Positions 31,921-38,839 of a stretch of 38,839 bases of DNA are shown here, piece after piece (within the stretch, counting starts at the first letter, position 1; each line of letters starts with the position of its first letter). The stretch lies in the UHGV virus genome UHGV-1367571, one strand, 5' to 3'. The notes below the pieces were generated by a model. It was not told the DNA's origin. It ran no database searches and worked only from the letters and a program-made list of their open reading frames with translations. Origin of the DNA: a virus. Both the position numbers and the translations under genes were made by a program.

Positions 31921-34260
31921 TTACTCATCTTCATCGTTCAATTCCTCTAAACCTTGATACTGTCTAATTGCACGCCATGCCTCACTAATATAATACTCAT
32001 CATCAATATCTGATCTATCAATAGTTAGGGTATCAATACCGTTATTATCTATAATGTATCTTTCAGGTTCATTCGATACACCTTTGACTACAGTACCATA
32101 TTTATATCCAAACTCTAACATACCCTCTTTTTCACCTAGATCCTCCATTAGAGTAATAGCTTCCTCTAGTTTTTCAATATATTCCTGATATTCTTTTCTA
32201 GGTTCGCCATTTTCTTTGTACTTGTCTTTAGGTTCCTTTAATTCTGCTAGTTTGAACTTTTTAATTTTAATAGGGGTACCTACACCCTCTTTAACGGCAA
32301 AGATACGGTTAACTTTTTGGATAGTTTTATAATCAGTGTCGTTTACATATGCTCTAGTTTCTTTAAACGTGTGACCTGTCTTAGTAATGATCTGAAAATC
32401 TCTTAGATCGCTCACCTGAGCAATGTATTCCTCTGGTTCGATACCATTCATAAAGTACTCTTTAATTGCATTCATTACCACGGCTTTAGACCACTTAACA
32501 CCGCCTCCCATAGAAACAGCACCTTTTGTCTTAATCTCGCCATTGTCAAAACGACATACATAATTATTAATATCTCTCTGCGCAATGTCAGTAATTATAT
32601 CAGTGTCTAAAGTATATCCTGATCGTTCACACCATTCCTTTTTGACTCTTTCTACCTCTAACTCGTCCTCAGGTGAAAATGCTTCATAGTTAATAGAATC
32701 GGTATTCATTGCAGATATATAGGCGTATGGTTGGATCTTATCAGCTAAATCGAGCATGGCAAGTTGACCAGTTATATTGATTAACACCGCTTGTCTAGGA
32801 TCATATAGAGCATTAAATTTTGCACGTAAAACCCCATACATGGTATTTAAAACCAATTTCATAGCCTGCTCTTTTGCTTTCTCACCTTTAGCCTTATACT
32901 CCATTCTAGCCTTTAAAATATCGCTATAAAAGTGACGGTACTTGTTAGGTATGTTACGACTAATATAATCATGCAATACCATAGTCCAAGGATATAAAGA
33001 ACCTACGTCAGCCTGCTTAATTTCAGATCCTTCTTCCTTAGCCGACTTAATATAGTTAGATACAGCACCATGTAAACCGCCACTACCAACATCAATAACG
33101 AGATCTCTCAGTTTAATTTCAAATGCTAGGTCAGTGGTTTCATATTTCTCGCCATCTTTAACCTCTTCTTTTCTAGGTAGTTCGTCCTTATCTAAGATCC
33201 ACTCTTTAACTTGCTTTTCAATGTCTGGATCATCGAACCTAATCCAATCGGGCATAGGGTACTTGTCAAACAGATCACCTCTATCCGAATGATGTTCAGC
33301 TTTTAATATTTCCGCAATAATTGAGGCATTCGTTTTACTCAACCAAGTATAATCTAGGTTATAAATTTCACATAACATAGCCTTAGTACTTAATGAGCCG
33401 ATCATTTTCATAAATCTTACTACTGTTCCCTCAACATCATACGTATTATATTCCATGTTTTGACCACGTTCTAAATCGGTTAACGGTCGATCAATATCAA
33501 AATCTATATCACTTTCTTTGATAGTTAATCCATTAAAGCCATTATGTTCTTTTAAACTAAAACCTGCATTATCTTGATATAAATCGATTTCACATAATGA
33601 ATCTATACGACCATTGTACATTTTCCATACTTTACTATTTTTCTTATCACCGTCAATAATTTCCTTACTTATTTTATAGGGATCCTTTTGATCTCGAATG
33701 CCTTTTCTAACATGTTTATCATATCCTATATTATTGTACCCTATAAAAATATCGTTTTCATGAGCTTTTAAAAACTTTTCTAACAACGGCAAGTTATTTT
33801 CTAATTTCATTTCTATACCGCTCAGAACGTCAATAAATACAAAAGACCAGTCGAACCTGAATACTTCAATATCGTAGGCTATAACATGCTTAGCCATCAT
33901 AATGCCCTCAGTTGGCAATGGTTCTTTATCTAACTTCTTAAATGGTGTTACTGTTATAAAACCACCAACGCCACCAACTACCGCCTCGCAGATCGTACCT
34001 ACTTCAATTCCTTTAGTGTTTTTATATGCTTTTTTACCGTTCATCAAGTATACAAAATCATTTGATCCTGTTTCTGGATTATACCATTTTACTTTTAACA
34101 TTGGGTTCCCTGCTTTACTTGTGTACGGTTCTTTACTTAATAGCTGCAGCCTTTGACGTCCGTTAACTAATCCCTTATTGGAACTAGGGCAGCCCTTTAA
34201 AGTGTTTACCTGAGCCATATAATCCCTAACCTGCTGTTTCTGTTCAGCTGTTAATTTCAT
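31921..34260 (-). CDS. family-B DNA polymerase, phi29-like (DNA_pol_B_2) type
   Basis: Exo I YDIEV, Exo II YNNIGYD, Exo III YNTYD, motif A DVGSLYP, motif B KLVLNTMYG, motif C MNTDS. Confidence 0.85.
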   Translation of the reverse strand: MKLTAEQKQQVRDYMAQVNTLKGCPSSNKGLVNGRQRLQLLSKEPYTSKAGNPMLKVKWYNPETGSNDFVYLMNGKKAYKNTKGIEVGTICEAVVGGVGGFITVTPFKKLDKEPLPTEGIMMAKHVIAYDIEVFRFDWSFVFIDVLSGIEMKLENNLPLLEKFLKAHENDIFIGYNNIGYDKHVRKGIRDQKDPYKISKEIIDGDKKNSKVWKMYNGRIDSLCEIDLYQDNAGFSLKEHNGFNGLTIKESDIDFDIDRPLTDLERGQNMEYNTYDVEGTVVRFMKMIGSLSTKAMLCEIYNLDYTWLSKTNASIIAEILKAEHHSDRGDLFDKYPMPDWIRFDDPDIEKQVKEWILDKDELPRKEEVKDGEKYETTDLAFEIKLRDLVIDVGSGGLHGAVSNYIKSAKEEGSEIKQADVGSLYPWTMVLHDYISRNIPNKYRHFYSDILKARMEYKAKGEKAKEQAMKLVLNTMYGVLRAKFNALYDPRQAVLINITGQLAMLDLADKIQPYAYISAMNTDSINYEAFSPEDELEVERVKKEWCERSGYTLDTDIITDIAQRDINNYVCRFDNGEIKTKGAVSMGGGVKWSKAVVMNAIKEYFMNGIEPEEYIAQVSDLRDFQIITKTGHTFKETRAYVNDTDYKTIQKVNRIFAVKEGVGTPIKIKKFKLAELKEPKDKYKENGEPRKEYQEYIEKLEEAITLMEDLGEKEGMLEFGYKYGTVVKGVSNEPERYIIDNNGIDTLTIDRSDIDDEYYISEAWRAIRQYQGLEELNDEDE

Positions 34261-34327
34261 GTAATTCCTTCTTTCTATTTATTGTAGTGTACTCATTTTC
34301 CCTAAGGCTTAACCCTACTACACTTAT

Positions 34328-34356
34328 ATAATATCACATATAAAAAAGAAAGTCAA
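34328..34356 (-). promoter_or_regulatory. promoter TTGACT-17-TGaTATTAT with a tandem TTGACT box, driving the DNA polymerase gene
   Basis: Same GAGAAAG-TTGACT-N-TTGACT module as in the early arm. Confidence 0.6.
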
Positions 34357-34382
34357 CTGAATTAGTCAACTTTCTCTAGTAA

Positions 34383-35015
34383 TTATTTTAATTTTTTAAG
34401 TTCAATATATGGAATTTCTTCACCGCCAAATTTAAAGGACTTGATCTCTACGGTTCCTTTACGTCCGATCACTGGTTCTTTATCGTCCCAATCGTGACCA
34501 GTTAATTTTTTAAATTTCTTTTTCTTGTTAACTAGATCCACTTTAGACACTAGGTATTTATCTAATTTTTTGTTTTTCTTACCAAAGCTAAAGTTAACTG
34601 GTCGGCGTTTGCCTTCATCGGTTTCAAAAATAACCAATCGTTTAGTTTCAAAATCATGGATCTCTACGATGTTACCTGTTTCTAATTCACCGACTTCTTC
34701 AAGTTTAGGTTTGTCTAAGTCCAATGTTTTAGGTTCGTGAATGAATGCTTTACCGTTTTCCTCATCTACATAAACCTCTACTTCACTATCTACAACGCCC
34801 TCTAAGTCGTCCTCAGACATTACACCGAATACATCTTGAATATCTTTATAGAAATTTTCTGTAACCTCATCGTTATCTACCCACTCGCTATTTTCGTATG
34901 TTTTGCGGTAAATATTTAATTCTAATACCTCTGTTTCATCAGCACTCAATAAATCAAATTTTGCCGCCTCTGGACTAACCTCTACTGCTAATACTGTTAA
35001 TTTTTGTTTTTCCAT
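34383..35015 (-). CDS. hypothetical acidic/basic bipartite protein (210 aa)
   Basis: ORF. Promoter at 35057..35086. Confidence 0.55.
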   Translation of the reverse strand: MEKQKLTVLAVEVSPEAAKFDLLSADETEVLELNIYRKTYENSEWVDNDEVTENFYKDIQDVFGVMSEDDLEGVVDSEVEVYVDEENGKAFIHEPKTLDLDKPKLEEVGELETGNIVEIHDFETKRLVIFETDEGKRRPVNFSFGKKNKKLDKYLVSKVDLVNKKKKFKKLTGHDWDDKEPVIGRKGTVEIKSFKFGGEEIPYIELKKLK

Positions 35016-35056
35016 TATAATACCTCTTTCATGTTTTTATTTTTTAATACTATTTA

Positions 35057-35086
35057 AGTATATCATATTATATTAATTTAAGTCAA
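35057..35086 (-). promoter_or_regulatory. promoter TTGACT-18-TGaTATACT
   Basis: Consensus. Confidence 0.6.
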
Positions 35087-35088
35087 GT

Positions 35089-35886
35089 TTAAAGTTGTTT
35101 AAAATGAATATTATTGTCCGTCATAAACTTAATTACACTTGCTAGATCATCACGACCATAAATAACCAGTGTTTTATTAAACGTTTCCTGTTTTTCTAAA
35201 TTAGTCGGTGCTATTGTTGGACGTGGCTTTTTTGAGTCTGCTTTAACCTCTTTTTTAAGTAATGTTAGCTGTTCCTGTTTAACTTTCCAACTATCCAATA
35301 CTTGATTAACATTAAAGCCATTTTTAGTAAACTCATAGACACATGGTACTCTATCATCTTCTGGAACCATTCGCAGGATTAAACGATAATCTTCCACGAT
35401 CTTATTTACTTTATCTTGTAACTCTTGTTTAGCTCGTTTTTCACTAGTTGACTTATTAAGCCATTTCATTTCTAAAACCATTTCAAAAGTGATCCCACTA
35501 ATTAACTCATAATACTCGGATAAGCGATCAAACTCCTCAGCCAATACTGCTTTACGTTGGTCTTTCTCTTCTTGTTCCAATTGTTTGATCTGATCTCGTA
35601 CTACCTTTTCGGCTACATCGATCATCGTATTAATTTCTTTAGTTTGTGACTTAATCTCCGTCAATGGCTTTAATACTTCTTTTTCAATATTTTTACGCTG
35701 AGTGTCTAAGGCGTTCCGTTGTTTATTGATCTCTGCTAACATTTTTTTACTAGCCTGAATATTATCAGCGGTCACCTTAACACTTTGCATTTTTTCCGTC
35801 AACTCCTCAACCTGTTCCTTCAATGTATCAAACCCTGAAATAGTAATGCTAGGGGCTTGATTTAATTCTAATGATACTTCAAACAT
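35089..35886 (-). CDS. coiled-coil protein (265 aa), possibly a DUF1351-like replication-module protein
   Basis: Long heptad-rich sequence. The family assignment is tentative. Confidence 0.5.
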   Translation of the reverse strand: MFEVSLELNQAPSITISGFDTLKEQVEELTEKMQSVKVTADNIQASKKMLAEINKQRNALDTQRKNIEKEVLKPLTEIKSQTKEINTMIDVAEKVVRDQIKQLEQEEKDQRKAVLAEEFDRLSEYYELISGITFEMVLEMKWLNKSTSEKRAKQELQDKVNKIVEDYRLILRMVPEDDRVPCVYEFTKNGFNVNQVLDSWKVKQEQLTLLKKEVKADSKKPRPTIAPTNLEKQETFNKTLVIYGRDDLASVIKFMTDNNIHFKQL

Positions 35887-35904
35887 TATTTATCAATTCC
35901 TTCC

Positions 35905-36072
35905 TTATGATGATATTACAATAATAAACCAAATGAAACATATTAACGCAAATACTCCCCATGTATGAAATACTAGGTAACCAATATCTAGGATACCAAC
36001 CCCTGACAGGATAACCATTAGTACAAAAATAACTAATAATATTTTTGTAATTATTTCCATAAATTTATCCAT
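35905..36072 (-). CDS. two-TM small membrane protein (55 aa), missed by the ORF track
   Basis: RBS AAGGAGGA. Translation checked codon by codon. Confidence 0.5.
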   Translation of the reverse strand: MDKFMEIITKILLVIFVLMVILSGVGILDIGYLVFHTWGVFALICFIWFIIVISS

Positions 36073-36083
36073 TTCTTTCCTCC

Positions 36084-36752
36084 TTAATATAATGAGCTTG
36101 ATTGGTGTAACTCCTCGTGTATTGTGGTACTTTTTGAATAATTACCAATGAACGTATTATACTCCTCGTGGTCTAAGTGTCGGCTTTGGGCTGTTGCTTT
36201 ATCGTATCCGCTACTATGCTCCTCTAACATGTCAATAAGTTTCTGCATGTCGTAGTTATTTTCTAGTAAGCATATATCTAACTTAATGTTACGATTATCT
36301 AAAAACTGCTCATAAAAAGCGACTGTACTTAGGTCTGTAGCGTATAATAATACCTCATCGAACTCGATCATAATAAACCCTTGTGTAGATACACCGTGTA
36401 AATTCTCAATAAAATTAACTTCAAGATCACCTAGGTTAAATGTTAACCCACTCTCGATAATATAATCAGGATAATAATGCGAGTTTTTAGTTTTCAAGAA
36501 CTCCTGTACCTCGCTGTTAGTAATAACCTCCATGTCGGGGTATTGACGGTGTAAACGATTGTAAGTTGGTACTCGTAAATGGTCAGAGTGGCGATGAGTT
36601 ATAATAAGATAATCTACTTTATAATTCTCTAATATGTTAGCCTCCTCGATCCAAGAAAACGGCACACCACAATCTACCATAAAAGTAAACTGATCTGTTT
36701 TAATAATATTACAGTTGCCGCTTGATCCTGTATAACAGATTTCATATTCCAA
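36084..36752 (-). CDS. metallo-beta-lactamase-fold hydrolase. Probable TTG start at 36752, which has the RBS AGGAGGTG.
   Basis: ITHRHSDHL matches the HxHxDH motif. Confidence 0.7.
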   Translation of the reverse strand: MEYEICYTGSSGNCNIIKTDQFTFMVDCGVPFSWIEEANILENYKVDYLIITHRHSDHLRVPTYNRLHRQYPDMEVITNSEVQEFLKTKNSHYYPDYIIESGLTFNLGDLEVNFIENLHGVSTQGFIMIEFDEVLLYATDLSTVAFYEQFLDNRNIKLDICLLENNYDMQKLIDMLEEHSSGYDKATAQSRHLDHEEYNTFIGNYSKSTTIHEELHQSSSLY

Positions 36753-36785
36753 AATATCACCTCCTATCAATATATTATATCATAT

Positions 36786-37232
36786 TTAATCAATAGAAAG
36801 CAATATTTTTTCATATGGTGTTATGTTAATTCTGTTTTCAATTAAATATTTAAAATCACTTAAATTAACTATTTCACCATCGTAGTAGTGAGTTCCTTTT
36901 CTAATTGTTTGTTTAATTACCAAGTTGTCTATTTTTAAATTTGTTTTATCACCATCTTTATAAATAATCTTATATTTAAAACCAATTGAGAAAAATGTAT
37001 TGATCATCAATCTAGCGTTACTAACTACTTTATACTCCTTTTGTTGTCTAATATTTCCTCTATAGGTATCCCTAATTATTTGTGGCGGGTAGTAAATTCG
37101 AGTGGATAGTGTGCCATTCTTTGTAATTTGCGATCTAAGCCGTTTGTTTGAGTTAATGTTATAAATATTCCCTGCTAGGTCTATCTCGTAAGCAGTACGC
37201 TTTATAGGTAGTCTAACATCAATTAGATTCAT
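36786..37232 (-). CDS. HNH_3/NUMOD4-like homing-endonuclease-related protein, possibly inactive
   Basis: YEIDLAGNIYN (NUMOD4-like) and YKDGDKTNLKIDNLVI (HNH_3-like, but lacking the first His). Confidence 0.45.
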   Translation of the reverse strand: MNLIDVRLPIKRTAYEIDLAGNIYNINSNKRLRSQITKNGTLSTRIYYPPQIIRDTYRGNIRQQKEYKVVSNARLMINTFFSIGFKYKIIYKDGDKTNLKIDNLVIKQTIRKGTHYYDGEIVNLSDFKYLIENRINITPYEKILLSID

Positions 37233-37441
37233 TCTTTACCACGGCTTTCGATTCGGCTTTGGCATGCTTCAATAATTTTTTTACTTAGATCAATTAACTC
37301 GCAAGGGTCGAACTCATCAACTAAAATTCCGTAATATTCACCGTAGTCTTGCATATAAATATTAATAGTATTGTCCTTAAACACCTCAATCCCCAACTTG
37401 GTTCCTGTTTCTGAAATAATTTCTGTTCGTTTAAATTCCAT
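37229..37441 (-). CDS. hypothetical protein (70 aa)
   Basis: ORF. ATGA coupling. Confidence 0.5.
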   Translation of the reverse strand: MEFKRTEIISETGTKLGIEVFKDNTINIYMQDYGEYYGILVDEFDPCELIDLSKKIIEACQSRIESRGKE

Positions 37442-37443
37442 TG

Positions 37444-37623
37444 TTATACCTCCTTGATTTCTTCAATACTTACAATATAATCTTTAACAATATACACATT
37501 ATCCCTATTAAATAGAGATACATGTAAAAGACCTCCTGAAATTCGCCACTCTTTAACTCCCCTTATTTCTCTAATGTAAGAAGTGGGTTCATCGTTCATT
37601 TTTACAAGTAATGTTAATCTCAT
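37444..37623 (-). CDS. hypothetical protein (59 aa), missed by the ORF track
   Basis: RBS AAGGAGG. Stop coupled to the next ATG. Confidence 0.5.
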   Translation of the reverse strand: MRLTLLVKMNDEPTSYIREIRGVKEWRISGGLLHVSLFNRDNVYIVKDYIVSIEEIKEV

Positions 37624-37625
37624 GG

Positions 37626-37886
37626 TTAAGCCTCCTTGATATATTCTTTTAACTTATTGACGTTGTGACCGCTCCACTCATCTAATAAAATACCATTCTC
37701 AGCGAATACCTGAACAATTGGGGCGCTTGATAATCCTAAGTTTCTAAACATCTCTAGTTGTGTGTCAGATAACTCCTCTAAGGCTCTTAATTCCACTTCC
37801 CATTGGTGTTTCTCTAATTCTCGTTTAGTAAATCGGCAAGGCATACATACCCCTTTTGTTTTTTCATATACTACAATTTTATACAT
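37626..37886 (-). CDS. NrdH/glutaredoxin-like redoxin
   Basis: N-terminal MYKIVVYEKTKGVCMPCRFTK carries the CxxC thioredoxin-fold motif. Confidence 0.6.
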   Translation of the reverse strand: MYKIVVYEKTKGVCMPCRFTKRELEKHQWEVELRALEELSDTQLEMFRNLGLSSAPIVQVFAENGILLDEWSGHNVNKLKEYIKEA

Positions 37887-38123
37887 TTATAATTGATCCC
37901 CTTCACTTGTTACTCGTTCAAATTCTTCATACCATAAGATCGCCTCAAACTGAGCGTTAACTACGTGGCAAGCTGATAATGTCGGATATTCGCTTTCTGT
38001 GTCAATAGTTTGGTTACCACCGTATACCTCCATTAGATCACCGACTTTAATAGTTCCATTATGCTCTTTATCTAACACTTTCACAATTCGTAACTGTTCC
38101 CCTACTTTATAATGTTCTAACAT
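37887..38123 (-). CDS. hypothetical protein (78 aa)
   Basis: ORF with RBS AAAGGGGA. Confidence 0.5.
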   Translation of the reverse strand: MLEHYKVGEQLRIVKVLDKEHNGTIKVGDLMEVYGGNQTIDTESEYPTLSACHVVNAQFEAILWYEEFERVTSEGDQL

Positions 38124-38151
38124 GTTTATTATCCCCTTTATAATTTATTTT

Positions 38152-38685
38152 TTAATCACTATAACTAAATTTATAACCTATTCCTTTTTGTTTAATTTCA
38201 ATTTTATCCTCGATACAGTCATTAAGATCCTCGAAATGAATACCGTATTTAAACGCAATATCTAAATAAAAGCCATGTTCAATAATTCGATTACCTTTAG
38301 TAACAAAAACAACTGAGTTAACTACTTCATTAAACACCTCGGCAATAGGCTCCACTTTGAAATTTTTTTGGTTTAAAAAGTCTTGTCTTGCTTGTAAAAT
38401 ACCAAGTGATCGCTGTTTAGCATATTCTGCAATAGTAGAAAAGTATTGATAGTTAGCATTACCTAAATAAGTACAACGATATACCGTGGTAGTTAGCTTA
38501 CTTAATTTATTATCTACTTTATAACTATCGTATTTACTTAATTTATTATAATTTCTTCTTACCGCAGGTTCTTCATAACTCTTTAAAATTTTACCATGTA
38601 AGGCAGCCCCTACGAGATCCCCAACATTTAAACACTTTCCAATATTAATCATAATTTCCTTTTGTTTTTCTTTTGTACACTTCAT
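38152..38685 (-). CDS. hypothetical protein (177 aa)
   Basis: ORF. Confidence 0.55.
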   Translation of the reverse strand: MKCTKEKQKEIMINIGKCLNVGDLVGAALHGKILKSYEEPAVRRNYNKLSKYDSYKVDNKLSKLTTTVYRCTYLGNANYQYFSTIAEYAKQRSLGILQARQDFLNQKNFKVEPIAEVFNEVVNSVVFVTKGNRIIEHGFYLDIAFKYGIHFEDLNDCIEDKIEIKQKGIGYKFSYSD

Positions 38686-38839
38686 ACAACTTTAACCGCC
38701 TTTTTATAAGTTAGGCAAGCATTAACTAGATCATTCTCATATTTACCATATAGAACTTGACCAAGTGACTTTTTAAACATGGATAAATTAGTTAGTACTC
38801 TAGTTTGATCCGCCTGTAATAAATGAAAAAAGTATTCTA
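38682..38839 (-). CDS. hypothetical protein, 5-prime end beyond window edge (partial)
   Basis: Open frame from the window edge. The stop TGA overlaps the ATG at 38685. Confidence 0.45.
   Translation of the reverse strand, partial: EYFFHLLQADQTRVLTNLSMFKKSLGQVLYGKYENDLVNACLTYKKAVKVV

Noticed and set aside
33902-34740. Plus-strand ORFs 33902..34156 and 34525..34740
   Set aside because: Antisense to the DNA polymerase gene and to the 210-aa gene.

Overview
The window is an almost gene-saturated, AT-rich (about 35% GC) tailed-phage genome segment of siphovirus type; the host is probably a low-GC Gram-positive bacterium. All calls rest on reading the sequence and on motif recognition from memory; no searches were run. 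The window has two arms. (1) A leftward minus-strand arm covers 1..10702 and reappears at the other window edge at 31921..38839, so the sequence is circularly permuted or part of a larger contig. It carries replication and nucleotide-metabolism genes: a Prim-Pol primase, an SF3/D5-like helicase, a phi29-like family-B DNA polymerase, an MBL-fold hydrolase, an HNH-like protein and an NrdH-like redoxin. It also carries about 30 small early genes, many under 60 aa and missed by the ORF track, each group driven by its own near-consensus sigma-A promoter of the form TTGACA-17/18-TATAAT with a TGn extension. (2) A rightward plus-strand arm covers 11211..31857. It encodes a VRR-NUC nuclease, an SNF2 helicase, an HNH endonuclease, small and large terminase, portal, ClpP-like prohead protease, major capsid, connector proteins, a major tail protein with a Big_2 domain, a tail chaperone with a -1 frameshift at A_AAA_AAG, the tape measure, Dit, Tal, a receptor-binding protein, two holin-like proteins and a Sec-signal-bearing amidase endolysin. 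The most unusual non-coding structures are these. An 800-bp strand-asymmetric region at 12963..13767 holds TAGGG-type G-quadruplex repeats, then phased A-tracts, then C-runs; it sits directly upstream of HNH-TerS-TerL and is a candidate cos or packaging site. A divergent control region at 10703..11210 holds tandem TTGACA boxes, at least eight TTGGGAG/CTCCCAA iteron-like repeats and an AT-rich core; it is a candidate origin or operator. A perfect 12-bp palindrome GTAAGCGCTTAC recurs in late-promoter spacers. A promoter-to-terminator unit in the early arm is a candidate small RNA of about 105 nt carrying a CCUCC anti-Shine-Dalgarno tract. Several small hydrophobic peptides with strong ribosome-binding sites overlap annotated gene starts. 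No integrase, repressor, tRNA or CRISPR array was seen.
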